Below, one piece after another: positions 50,743 through 60,382 of a stretch of DNA of 64,000 nt. How positions within the stretch are numbered: position 1 is the first letter of the stretch; the number at the start of each line of letters is the position of its first letter. Position numbers and translations under genes: made by a program. Source of the DNA: a virus (lineage: Duplodnaviria > Heunggongvirae > Uroviricota > Caudoviricetes); IMG/VR virus record IMGVR_UViG_3300035703_000003. One strand, written 5' to 3'. The notes under the pieces are model-generated. The model saw only the letters and a list, made by a program, of their open reading frames with translations, was not told where the DNA came from and did not search any database.

Positions 50743-51909
50743 TTAAATTATTCCAGTTAGTTCAGGGAACGCAGCTTCAAATAATCCATCTGGTCGTGAT
50801 CTTTTAACAAATTGATGATGGTCTAATAGTCTATTTTTTACTGTAGGATCGCTGCCTTGCATCATAAATTCTACTAACCAGTTGTTAAAACCCACTGCTG
50901 GATTACTTTGATAGCTTGGGTCAGTAACTTCTTCTAATTTATTTTTAACAATTAATTTATACTCAATGGGCAACTCTTTACAACTAAACGGCCACATTAT
51001 TAAGTTATTAAACACATTAACTCGATGCTCTCTTGCCCAGGCCCAGAATTCTGGCAACCTCCAAATGTTTAACATACTTATACTATGACTAATACCTAAA
51101 TTTATATCACCTGACTCTTCTAATGCTTTAAACTTTTTAAAAATTTCATATGATTCATTCCATTTAGCAGGATATCTCATATATTCGAACTGTTCATCTG
51201 TGTTGTCTAAACTTAGCATAATTCTGACACGTTTAAATTGTTTTAGTAATATTACTATATCTTCTTCGTAAAATGTGCAATTGGTAATCCATGTAATATC
51301 GATGTTTTTAGCTATATCGTTGTCTACTAGATAGTGTAGTAGTATCTTTTGTTTTTTATTCATAAACGGCTCGCCACCTGCAATTTCTATTTTTTTAACA
51401 TGATTAACATGTTCTAATAGATTATACCAGAATACATCTGAATCGGGCCAATGTTGTGGCAATACAGGGAAACTTCCTGTTTCTTTTTTAATAATACTGT
51501 TCCATTTGCTACTACTTAACGGGTCGCATGTAGCACATGCTAAATTACAAGTATTTCCTAATTTTAAATCTAATACTTCCAGTGAACTATGGTTATCTAA
51601 AAACGGTTGTTCAGCTGATGCGTAGTACAAATCCCAATAATTGATTTCTCGTAACCGTTTGCTTTCGCCGCCTGACGCTTCGACTTCTGCACATTGCTTA
51701 CAGTGTTTGGTAAAGTATGTGTCGAAATTATTAATGAAATCTTGTCGATCATCACTGTTATACACTGTACTTACACTGTCTGTGTCTGCACGGAATAATT
51801 CGCTGCCATTTTTACTATACTGTTTTGAACTAATACAACATGGTTTAAATGTTCCGGCGGTGTTAATTTCTAATGCATTATAAACATGCGGACAAAATAT
51901 TTTAGTCAT
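50743..51909 (-). CDS. Radical SAM protein 8, N-terminal twitch domain
   Basis: FCPHVY..PCC..HCKQC; CNLACATC; AGGEP. Confidence 0.92.
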   Translation of the reverse strand: MTKIFCPHVYNALEINTAGTFKPCCISSKQYSKNGSELFRADTDSVSTVYNSDDRQDFINNFDTYFTKHCKQCAEVEASGGESKRLREINYWDLYYASAEQPFLDNHSSLEVLDLKLGNTCNLACATCDPLSSSKWNSIIKKETGSFPVLPQHWPDSDVFWYNLLEHVNHVKKIEIAGGEPFMNKKQKILLHYLVDNDIAKNIDITWITNCTFYEEDIVILLKQFKRVRIMLSLDNTDEQFEYMRYPAKWNESYEIFKKFKALEESGDINLGISHSISMLNIWRLPEFWAWAREHRVNVFNNLIMWPFSCKELPIEYKLIVKNKLEEVTDPSYQSNPAVGFNNWLVEFMMQGSDPTVKNRLLDHHQFVKRSRPDGLFEAAFPELTGII

Positions 51910-52463
51910 CTAACGTATATAGCACCTCTTGCAGATCCGCAAAAACTTTGAACTAAACCGTTACGTCCTTCTCTGTTATATGCAAAAAATGTATCTCCTA
52001 TACCACTGCTGCCACCACCAAACCCGATGTCTTGAGTGTCTTGGTATATTGCAAGTGGAGGTGCATTCAAGTCAATACTGACTAGATTACTGTTAGGAAT
52101 AGCTGATGCCAGCGAAATACTATTAAATTCAATCATTGATTTGTGAACATACATGTTGTGTGGATAGCGTATCCATTCATTGAATGGATCTTTAAAGATC
52201 TCGGCACTAGCCATTATATTATAATCGAATTCGTCAGAACGCAAGAAGTTTATGTCATGGTCGTTTAATTTAACATTTACTATTTCATCACGATTAACAT
52301 GATCTCTGTTATCCCAGTCAATTACTACGACTCGAATCCAACCACTACTATCTTCAAATTTAGTATATAAGTTACGAGTAGTGCCATTTATTAGATACTC
52401 GTAATAACCGTCTTTAAGATTTTTATACTTCTCTAAGTATTGTCTACTATTACTAAATCCCAT
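51906..52463 (-). CDS. Hypothetical protein, possible fibrinogen-C-like N-terminus
   Basis: GYYEYLINGTTRNLYTKFEDSSGWIRV resembles the vYCDM...GGW motif but lacks the Cys. Confidence 0.45.
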   Translation of the reverse strand: MGFSNSRQYLEKYKNLKDGYYEYLINGTTRNLYTKFEDSSGWIRVVVIDWDNRDHVNRDEIVNVKLNDHDINFLRSDEFDYNIMASAEIFKDPFNEWIRYPHNMYVHKSMIEFNSISLASAIPNSNLVSIDLNAPPLAIYQDTQDIGFGGGSSGIGDTFFAYNREGRNGLVQSFCGSARGAIYVR

Positions 52464-53187
52464 AATTAACTGTTACTCCTGGCTTCCAGTCTGCATAATG
52501 CATTTGAGTTTCGTTCCATTCCTGTGCGCTAAACACAACAACAATGCTATCTCTTTTTATGTTGTCTGTTAACATATCTACGCCATGCCATGTTAAGTTA
52601 TCATACGGACAAATAATCATACAGCTATTACGCAAATACGGCATCATTCCAATGGTTTTATACTCCTTAGTGCTTCTATTAACATCATATACTGCTGTAC
52701 CAGCATTAGGAGTATTGTCGTTATCGGCGAGATACACAGTCATTGTAAACACTCGAGGGAAGCTATCGACATGTGGTTTAAGTGTATACCCAACACCATG
52801 CTGCTGCCAGAATGCATATATACTTTTAATTAACGTGCTACGTTTCGGACTTTTATTAAATTTTTCAAATAACAAATTAACAAAGTCTTCATTAATAAAA
52901 ACTTCATGGACTCGTTTACTTGCTTCTTGCATCGATAATGATTTCAGCTCATTGTAAAAATCTTCCGGAAACAAATTTTTAATGCACAAATATTCGTAGT
53001 TGTTGAACTCAGTTACAGTATTTTGCAATGATTCAACAACATGCGACTTGATAGATGATAACATAATGTCATGATTCCTTTTAAAATAGTATTTATTTTT
53101 TCTTAAATACGTTAAAGTTAAATTGTCTCGCAGTATGATATTTTGCAGTTTGGTTAGACTGATTATAACATTGTTCCGAATCGGCAC
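52453..53187 (-). CDS. 2OG-Fe(II) oxygenase
   Basis: HVD (HxD), TVYL, WHGV and distal R. Real start may be MLSS at 53064, just after the upstream stop. Confidence 0.8.
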   Translation of the reverse strand: MPIRNNVIISLTKLQNIILRDNLTLTYLRKNKYYFKRNHDIMLSSIKSHVVESLQNTVTEFNNYEYLCIKNLFPEDFYNELKSLSMQEASKRVHEVFINEDFVNLLFEKFNKSPKRSTLIKSIYAFWQQHGVGYTLKPHVDSFPRVFTMTVYLADNDNTPNAGTAVYDVNRSTKEYKTIGMMPYLRNSCMIICPYDNLTWHGVDMLTDNIKRDSIVVVFSAQEWNETQMHYADWKPGVTVNYGI

Positions 53188-54235
53188 TCATTTTCTGATT
53201 CAGAAATTGCTCGTGTAACGAAAGGAAATGACGGGTAGTGTTAGTATGATAATCTTTCGGTATTTCTACATTGCTTCGTATTATAACAGAAGATATATCT
53301 TGCTTCAAACACTTAACAGTCAGATTAGATTTTCTAAATGCTTTGTAATAGTATGTATGTTGTGAATTCCATTTCGATGTTCGTAATACAATTGAATTAC
53401 AGTAATTTTCCAAGAAAGATTCTGCTAGTTTATTTGAGGTTGTCACGTCATGTGCCCACCAAGTGTCTGACGTGCAAACAAAATCACGTATATCTGTTGT
53501 ATGTTCGATGTCAGTGTCACTGATACCGTCTCCCAAATAAATAGATTCTAAGATAACACTGTTTTGATTTTTATCAACTAATTTTAGTAATTCATTGAAA
53601 ATTTTTATAAAGTTTGTATCACTGTAATTAAAAAGTAGATCATACCTTGATTTAAAACAAGCATCATACTGCTGCCCTGACCATGTTATCATTTTATTAC
53701 AATTTGCGGTCGAGATTCCTTGTGAAGATTCTAACACAAATGTACTCCATAATGTATGTACATCCCACCAGATATTAAATAAATTTCCTGCATTTTCTAT
53801 TTCGTTGTATTCTGCATTTATAAAAAATTCTCTATCTATTACTGCACCTTTTATTAAGTTAAAAATATTACAGTTTTTGTAACATGACAAGTGTTTACTA
53901 TTACGAAAAGGTTCGTAGTCGTCGAGATCGATTCCATTAATTTTTAAAAAAATTGGAAAATAATCATTGAATGATGCAATAGTGTAATCGACTGGGTTGA
54001 AGATATCAATACACTTTGATATGTTTTTTTCATCTTCGAGCGGTACATCAACTGGTAGTTCTATACTGCTGTCAACTATATATGTATAACGTATTGTAGT
54101 GTCCCAAAAATGACAATAGTAATCTATTTCTAAATCTAAGGCTTCGGCAATGTAATCAAATGATCGTTTAACATGAGGCAACACATGTGTTCGATCTTGA
54201 ATCAGACCTGTTAAGTAAATTGCAACTTTTTTCAT
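53093..54235 (-). CDS. Glycosyltransferase-like protein, paralog A
   Basis: VAIYLTG, YYCHFWD, KSRYDL; shared with 56345 and 57410. Confidence 0.55.
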   Translation of the reverse strand: MKKVAIYLTGLIQDRTHVLPHVKRSFDYIAEALDLEIDYYCHFWDTTIRYTYIVDSSIELPVDVPLEDEKNISKCIDIFNPVDYTIASFNDYFPIFLKINGIDLDDYEPFRNSKHLSCYKNCNIFNLIKGAVIDREFFINAEYNEIENAGNLFNIWWDVHTLWSTFVLESSQGISTANCNKMITWSGQQYDACFKSRYDLLFNYSDTNFIKIFNELLKLVDKNQNSVILESIYLGDGISDTDIEHTTDIRDFVCTSDTWWAHDVTTSNKLAESFLENYCNSIVLRTSKWNSQHTYYYKAFRKSNLTVKCLKQDISSVIIRSNVEIPKDYHTNTTRHFLSLHEQFLNQKMSADSEQCYNQSNQTAKYHTARQFNFNVFKKK

Positions 54236-54264
54236 ATTATAATAATCATTTCTTTAAGAACATG

Positions 54265-54295
54265 TATTTATAGTAGTATTTAACTAAGATAAATA
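54265..54295. promoter_or_regulatory. Divergent late promoters: TATAAATA (-, 54265-54272) and GATAAATA (+, 54288-54295)
   Basis: In the 65-nt gap between the 14-kb minus operon and the plus HAD operon. Confidence 0.65.
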
Positions 54296-54300
54296 TTTTC

Positions 54301-54873
54301 ATGAAAACATTAATATTCGACTTAGACGGAACGTTAGTAGATTGCAAGAAGCTACACCAGGACGGATTCAGATGGGCAGTGACACATCAATGTCAAGGTA
54401 TAACATATGCTGATGATGAAGTAGAGGGATTGCCTACTACCGCTAAAATAAAATATTTGCAAAATAAAGGCTACAATGTTACAATAGCTGTTGATGATTT
54501 AAAAAAAGAACATACACGGGCTCACATTAACGAGTATGTAAAGTATAACAAAGAATTAGAAGATCACTTTACTAGATTATACACCAAATATAAATTGTGT
54601 TTAGCAAGTAATAGTAGAAGCGAGTTTGTTTTTAAATGTATGAACATATTACAGCTATGGCAGTTTGAATGTGTCTATACACGTGACTACGGTCCTGCTA
54701 AACCTAACCCGTGGATGTATAATGAGTGCATGAGAATAACAAATAACACACCTTCCAATACTGTGATATTTGAAGACAGTCCTGTTGGTATAGAAGGTGC
54801 GATGTTGACAGGAGCAACTGTCATAGCAGTTGCTGATAGTAAAGATTTAATAGAGAAGTTATATGAGTTTTAA
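54301..54873 (+). CDS. HAD phosphatase (beta-PGM-like)
   Basis: FDLDGTLVD, ASNS, KPNP, FEDS. Confidence 0.88.
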   Translation: MKTLIFDLDGTLVDCKKLHQDGFRWAVTHQCQGITYADDEVEGLPTTAKIKYLQNKGYNVTIAVDDLKKEHTRAHINEYVKYNKELEDHFTRLYTKYKLCLASNSRSEFVFKCMNILQLWQFECVYTRDYGPAKPNPWMYNECMRITNNTPSNTVIFEDSPVGIEGAMLTGATVIAVADSKDLIEKLYEF

Positions 54874-55564
54874 ACTTATAATGCCAATGGCAGGCAACGG
54901 GTCTAGGTTTCGGACTCGAGGTTATACTCGACCTAAGCCATTAATAGATGTAAAAGGTAAACCTATGTTTGTTCATGCAGTGGAAAACATAGGGTTAGAG
55001 TTTGATGATTACATTTTTATTGTTAGAAAAGAACACAACATTGTCGACGCAATAAAAGATTATTATCCTACTTCTAAAGTAGTAGAACTAGACACAGTAA
55101 CTGAAGGTGCTGCATGTAGTGTATTAACTGCAGACACATACTTGAATGACAACGATAGTGTTTTTATTTCTAATTGCGATCAAATAATGTCATGGGATAA
55201 AAATTTATTTGTTAATAATATGAATTATGATGGGGTGATACTCACATTTGATTGCCCAGAGCGTGACCCTAAATGGAGTTTTGCGGAAATAGACGCAACG
55301 GGTAATGTAATACGTGTAGCAGAAAAACAACCAATAAGTGATCACGCAACAACAGGGCATTACTATTGGAAGTCTTGGAAAACATATAAACATAGTGCTA
55401 ATCATATGTTTGTTGCAAATGACAGAGTCAATGACGAGTTTTATTTGTGCCCGGTGTTTAATTATACTATTGCATTAGGATGCACAGTTAAAACAGTTAA
55501 TGTTGAATCTATGCACGGCATCGGGACACCTGAGGATTTGCAACATTGGCTACAACAAACATAA
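54863..55564 (+). CDS. Sugar/alcohol-phosphate nucleotidyltransferase (BcbE-like)
   Basis: MPMAGNGSRF...PKPLI, TEGAA, NCDQ, EFY, GIGTPEDL. Confidence 0.85.
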   Translation: MSFKLIMPMAGNGSRFRTRGYTRPKPLIDVKGKPMFVHAVENIGLEFDDYIFIVRKEHNIVDAIKDYYPTSKVVELDTVTEGAACSVLTADTYLNDNDSVFISNCDQIMSWDKNLFVNNMNYDGVILTFDCPERDPKWSFAEIDATGNVIRVAEKQPISDHATTGHYYWKSWKTYKHSANHMFVANDRVNDEFYLCPVFNYTIALGCTVKTVNVESMHGIGTPEDLQHWLQQT

Positions 55565-55565
55565 A

Positions 55566-56249
55566 ATGAGTTGGGATGAAGTAATTAATAAAAAAGACTT
55601 TGTGTGGAATAAAAATACAGATTCAATAACACGCAGTCTAACAGTAACTGATAGCAAGGAGTCGAGTTATAAGCTACATAGTTCAATTTTTAAAATTGAT
55701 CAGTTGTCATATTATGATTTTATAAATTTCTTAGAAAATGAAGTAGGAAGCATTAGTTCTATATTTGAATATGGTTGCGGTAACGGTGCATTGCTATTTT
55801 ATTTTAAAAACTATAAAAATATCAACGTAGGTGGATGTGATATTAGTGAATATTTTGTCGAATACTGTAATAACGTAATAGAAAAAAATAATTTTTTTAA
55901 CAACGCAATGTCGATTAAAAGTAACAGTTATGATTATTGTATATCTAACAGTGTATTTCAGTACTTTCCAGATTACGATTATGCGTCATCAGTTATAAAT
56001 CAGATGCGTAGGATATCGAACGTAGGAGTCATGATAACAGACATTAAAGATATAGAAACACAAGATATCTTTTTAGAAACACAAGCGCACAGACAACAGT
56101 TGACTATTAGTCAATTAAAAGAAAAATACAAGTCTACTCCGTTAATGTTTTATAGCAGAGATTTTTTTAAAGATTTCGATATTATCGAAATGCCCGCTAG
56201 CTATCCAGATTCTGATTTAAAATCATTTTGTGCAAAGCTAATACTATGA
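55566..56249 (+). CDS. Class I SAM methyltransferase
   Basis: FEYGCGNG, GCDIS, SNSVFQYF; start MSWD at 55566, just after the upstream stop. Confidence 0.85.
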   Translation: MSWDEVINKKDFVWNKNTDSITRSLTVTDSKESSYKLHSSIFKIDQLSYYDFINFLENEVGSISSIFEYGCGNGALLFYFKNYKNINVGGCDISEYFVEYCNNVIEKNNFFNNAMSIKSNSYDYCISNSVFQYFPDYDYASSVINQMRRISNVGVMITDIKDIETQDIFLETQAHRQQLTISQLKEKYKSTPLMFYSRDFFKDFDIIEMPASYPDSDLKSFCAKLIL

Positions 56250-56305
56250 TAGAATATGCACACATTGAAACCAATGTAGTCTCTGTTACAAGCACGAAGT
56301 AATCT
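56246..56305 (+). pseudogene. Decayed 5' end of a radical SAM gene homologous to 60379
   Basis: Reads MIEYAHIET, then a 19-nt deletion, then QCSLCYKHEVI, versus MIEYVYIETTNHCNLQCSFCNRHEVI; 27/32 nt identity over the second block. Confidence 0.8.
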
Positions 56306-56344
56306 TAACTACACTACGCTACTAAAATTTTTTTATTCCTCATT

Positions 56345-57391
56345 TTAGTTTTTACAACTATTATTCTTTTTCAGTTTGTTGACGAAGTCATGTATAGCTA
56401 TTCTCTGAGTACGTTCGAGTTTAATGGATTCCGAATCAACATATGATATTTCTTTATTTACGCTTGCAACATTGTTAAACAAATTATCTATAGTATATTT
56501 TATTAATAGTTCTTCCCGTAGTAATAAATGATTAAAGTAGTACTCGATGATGGATATATTTTTTATCTTACATATTGTATAAAATGCTTTCTCTTCATTG
56601 AATTTTTCAGACATTTTACTTGCAAGTGTTACTAGCTTACTTGCATTGTACAGTAAGTTATTATAAAATAAGTCAGCTGCTGACTTATTCATTACTAAAA
56701 TAGTATCAGTCATCCCGTTGTAATTTACGATCGAGTCTGCAGGCAATGTCGGCGATAATTCAACATCTTCGCCTTTCCAAATTCCAAGACTTGGTGTTAT
56801 TATAACAGGACGGTCATGGTTGATGCTTTTAACCGCACGTTCTAAATTATAACTAAATTTAGATTCAACTGCAACATCATATCTTGTTTTTATAACATAA
56901 TCAAACGTCATATTATTAGCTGTTTCATATTGTTTAATGGTGTTATACGTTTCTTCCATAGAGTAGTATTGACAGTTTCCGGCAATAACTCGAACGTATC
57001 TGCGTAAATCCCATAAGAATGTTTCTATGTCATCAACTGTTGATTTATATAATGCATCATATTTGATACGATTAGCTTGCAATTCAACTTTGTCAAAGTA
57101 GGCTATCTTCTCTGCTAAGTCTAAATTAGATATGGTAGTTATAGCTGCAGGATCTAACTCGACTAAATCTTCAACGTTGCATTTTTCCCGAATTAACCCG
57201 TTGAACTTATTAAACAACTCGTTGTGAAACTCTTCATTGGGATAAAGTCTTTTATTATCCCACAACTGAAAGAATACAGACACGTTTGCAAATTCTAAAT
57301 TTTTGTATGCAGGATATATGTGTTGCTTAAAAATGTTGATGTCAAATCGAGTTAATCCTAAAAACATTATTGCTATATTTGGTTTTGACAT
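56345..57391 (-). CDS. Glycosyltransferase-like protein, paralog B
   Basis: IAIMFLGLTR, FFQLWD, DYVIKTRYD. Confidence 0.55.
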   Translation of the reverse strand: MSKPNIAIMFLGLTRFDINIFKQHIYPAYKNLEFANVSVFFQLWDNKRLYPNEEFHNELFNKFNGLIREKCNVEDLVELDPAAITTISNLDLAEKIAYFDKVELQANRIKYDALYKSTVDDIETFLWDLRRYVRVIAGNCQYYSMEETYNTIKQYETANNMTFDYVIKTRYDVAVESKFSYNLERAVKSINHDRPVIITPSLGIWKGEDVELSPTLPADSIVNYNGMTDTILVMNKSAADLFYNNLLYNASKLVTLASKMSEKFNEEKAFYTICKIKNISIIEYYFNHLLLREELLIKYTIDNLFNNVASVNKEISYVDSESIKLERTQRIAIHDFVNKLKKNNSCKN

Positions 57392-57409
57392 ATAGGTTAG
57401 TATCCTGTC

Positions 57410-58540
57410 TTATAATGTTTCTTTAGACGCAAAATTAAAATGTTTGATAACATCATAAAAATGCTTTTTGTTTTGTAATTCATCTAGCTGTTTAGCAAGA
57501 GCGCTCTTCCGACTGTGTTGAGCAGCGATGGTAAGTGCTAATTCGGAATCTAAAACACTTAGATCATCTAAGTTGTCAACTGGTGGCAATACTGTAGAAT
57601 CCCGGATTATATTACTGCCTATTGATCCGAGAATAAGAAAATTAATGTTCATTGACAAAAGTGCGTGATAAAAAAAGGCATGTTGCCCAGCGCCTCGTAT
57701 CCAAAATACACTATGGTATTTTCTTATGTCAGCATATGCAATTGTCAAGTATTCGGAAATAAACGCTGCAGTGTCATGATCAACTATCCACCAGGAATCA
57801 GACATACTTACGCCCAATACCGACTTATTCTGCTGAACCTGTGATTTATAATCAGTAATATAATTGACCTCAGAGCTACCCCATTCTCCACGACGCATCC
57901 ATTCAAAAGCAATGTGGTTACGATGCGTAAGTCTGAGATTGTCGACTAATTTGCTTACATGGTATTCTGTTGTTAAAAACAGTTGATCATATCGCCATCT
58001 TAATACTGCATCATACTTTGTGCCAGAATTAACAATTGTTTTTAAACATTCTTCCAACGCAAAAAATTGACTAGTTAGGTGTGCAAAATTAATCCAGTCA
58101 CTGTGAAACTCCCACCACGCATCAAAATATGTTGCTGGATTTATTTCATCTAAAGATATAAAGAAATTTTTATCTATTTTTTTATTAATAAAAAAGTCTA
58201 AATATCTACTATAATCTATGCTTTGCGTAAGTCCGTGATTTAAAAAAATTGAGAACATATCATTATAACTATTATATGTGATAGCTTTCGGATTTAGCGT
58301 AGCTATAACACCCTTTACACTTGCATCGTTCTCTTTAGGTAATGAAACAACACCTAACCATTCATCATTTATCTCATAAGGGTAGGGCTTATCGTTATTC
58401 CAAAAATGACAGTAGTAATCAAAGTCGATGTTATTGTCATTTCCAATTTTAGTAAATATCTGTTTAATATATGCAGACACTTCACATCGATTGCCTAGTA
58501 ATCCAGTTAAACAGATAGCAACCTTTAATTTTTTATCCAT
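57410..58540 (-). CDS. Glycosyltransferase-like protein, paralog C
   Basis: VAICLTG, YYCHFWN, DAVLRWRYD. Confidence 0.55.
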   Translation of the reverse strand: MDKKLKVAICLTGLLGNRCEVSAYIKQIFTKIGNDNNIDFDYYCHFWNNDKPYPYEINDEWLGVVSLPKENDASVKGVIATLNPKAITYNSYNDMFSIFLNHGLTQSIDYSRYLDFFINKKIDKNFFISLDEINPATYFDAWWEFHSDWINFAHLTSQFFALEECLKTIVNSGTKYDAVLRWRYDQLFLTTEYHVSKLVDNLRLTHRNHIAFEWMRRGEWGSSEVNYITDYKSQVQQNKSVLGVSMSDSWWIVDHDTAAFISEYLTIAYADIRKYHSVFWIRGAGQHAFFYHALLSMNINFLILGSIGSNIIRDSTVLPPVDNLDDLSVLDSELALTIAAQHSRKSALAKQLDELQNKKHFYDVIKHFNFASKETL

Positions 58541-58570
58541 TCCAGATCACATCCTTAGGAATTTTATCTT

Positions 58571-58601
58571 CATAAATATATTTATTAAGTTAGTATTTAT
58601 T
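58571..58601. promoter_or_regulatory. Divergent late-type motifs: CATAAATA (+, 58571) and AATAAATA (-, 58579 and 58594)
   Basis: Intergenic gap between divergent genes; region is AT-rich, so a chance match is possible. Confidence 0.45.
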
Positions 58602-58613
58602 GAAAAACATAGC

Positions 58614-59351
58614 ATGGAATTAATACATCAATTCATAACCGGTCGCAGTGGTAGTTCTGTATATCTAGCAAGGCAACGTAACCAAATCGGTGTATACAAA
58701 ACTAAAATAAAAAATGTAAAAGATATCGTACACGCTTGCAGCGCACTTCCTTTTAAAACGCCTAAAATTTATAGCTATACTGATACTACAATTTTTATGG
58801 AATATATCTCTGGCATTTCGATTCGTACTTACTTAGAAACTGCTACTGTTACGGATTTAGATAGATTAGTTAATTACATAAGTTCTTACTTTGATTTTTG
58901 TTTGAATAGTTCTACTGAAAACAAAGACTACAAAGATCTAATTTTAGATAAACACGATACTATTGCTAGCTTGTGCAACGAGGACTTAACGTACAAATTT
59001 AATTATGTGTTACCGAATTCACCAATACACGGCGATTTTACTTTTGACAACTTACTATACTATAACAATGATTTTTACATGATAGACATTAGTCCGACGG
59101 TTTTTGATAGCGTATACTTTGATGCTAACAAACTCAGACAAGACTTAACTGGGCTTTGGTTTGTCAGGAACTATAATAATAAAGCAAACTATCGACTAAG
59201 CTGCAACTACATATACGATAAGCTAAAACACAACTATCCTTACATATTCGACGATAACATTTATAAATTTATGCTTTCTAGAATATTACCATACTGCGTG
59301 AACTATAAAGAAGATTATGATTTCATAATGAAAGAGATTAACAGACTATGA
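58614..59351 (+). CDS. Phosphotransferase (APH/choline-kinase-like)
   Basis: GRSGSSVY loop, TPKIY, IHGDFTFDN, MIDI; start MELIH at 58614. Confidence 0.8.
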   Translation: MELIHQFITGRSGSSVYLARQRNQIGVYKTKIKNVKDIVHACSALPFKTPKIYSYTDTTIFMEYISGISIRTYLETATVTDLDRLVNYISSYFDFCLNSSTENKDYKDLILDKHDTIASLCNEDLTYKFNYVLPNSPIHGDFTFDNLLYYNNDFYMIDISPTVFDSVYFDANKLRQDLTGLWFVRNYNNKANYRLSCNYIYDKLKHNYPYIFDDNIYKFMLSRILPYCVNYKEDYDFIMKEINRL

Positions 59352-60382
59352 GAATAATAATTCCCTGTGCTGGTCGTAGTAGTAGGTTTCCTACTACTAG
59401 ACCTAAATATTTACTAACAATGCCCGACGGTAAGCCTATGTTTATGCACGCCGCTGCTCCGTATTACGGAACTTACCATGTCACGTTTGTTGTAATAAAA
59501 GAGCATTGTGAGCTGTTTGGTGCTGACACTGCTATACGTAATGCTTACGGATCTACAGTAGACATCGTAATACTCAATGAGTTCACTAGCGGCCCTGCTG
59601 AAACAATATACTTGACAGTTAAAGACTGGTCAGACACACCATTCATGAGTGTAGACTGTGATAGCTTTTACAATGTCTCTATTCCAGTGGGGCAAAACTT
59701 TGTTACATCAATTAATATTAGCAATTATCCTACACTATCAAACATAGCTGCTAAAAGTTTTATTATAGAAGAAAATGATATAATTAGAAGCATTGTAGAG
59801 AAGCGGGTTGTTAGTAGCAATATATGCGTAGGAGGTTATGGCTTTGTGAGTAGTAAAAAATATTCTACAAGTTATGAATCTGTTATAACTAACTGCGCCG
59901 ACGAACTGTTCTTAAGTCATATTATTAAATACCAGATTGACATAAACAAAGACGTATTTAAAAATGTAGAAGTTGACACTTACATAGATTGCGGGACATA
60001 TAGTGATTTCGTCGATCATGCTAAAAATCATATGACTATCTTTTGTGACATTGATGGTGTTGTGTTTAAAAATCAAAGCGAATACTTTTCTAATAACTAT
60101 AATACACCTATCGAAGTAAATCCAGATGCTGTTGCTTATCTTAAAGATAAACAGAGATCAGGTGCTACGATTATATTCACAACAGCAAGACCAGAACGAT
60201 TTAAGGCAGTAACCGAAGCAAACTTAAATAGTTGTGGGTTTACTACCTATCGTATAATATACGATCTACCACATAGTCCTAGGCTGTTAATAAACGATGT
60301 AAGCACTACAAATCCTTGGCCTAGTGCTAATGCAATAAATGTTCCTCGTGACGATAATAACTTCTGGAAATCGATTAAATGA
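59348..60382 (+). CDS. Nucleotidyltransferase fused to C-terminal HAD domain
   Basis: IIPCAGRSSRF...PKYLL, TSGPAET, VDCD, DCGT; then IFCDIDG, TTAR, LINDV. Confidence 0.85.
   Translation: MRIIIPCAGRSSRFPTTRPKYLLTMPDGKPMFMHAAAPYYGTYHVTFVVIKEHCELFGADTAIRNAYGSTVDIVILNEFTSGPAETIYLTVKDWSDTPFMSVDCDSFYNVSIPVGQNFVTSINISNYPTLSNIAAKSFIIEENDIIRSIVEKRVVSSNICVGGYGFVSSKKYSTSYESVITNCADELFLSHIIKYQIDINKDVFKNVEVDTYIDCGTYSDFVDHAKNHMTIFCDIDGVVFKNQSEYFSNNYNTPIEVNPDAVAYLKDKQRSGATIIFTTARPERFKAVTEANLNSCGFTTYRIIYDLPHSPRLLINDVSTTNPWPSANAINVPRDDNNFWKSIK

Noticed and set aside
5523-58613. Extended N-termini in the ORF track (5670, 9260, 30106, 36071, 55500, 58428, 62424)
   Set aside because: They overlap neighbours or promoters; downstream ATGs fit RBS, coupling and motif starts better.
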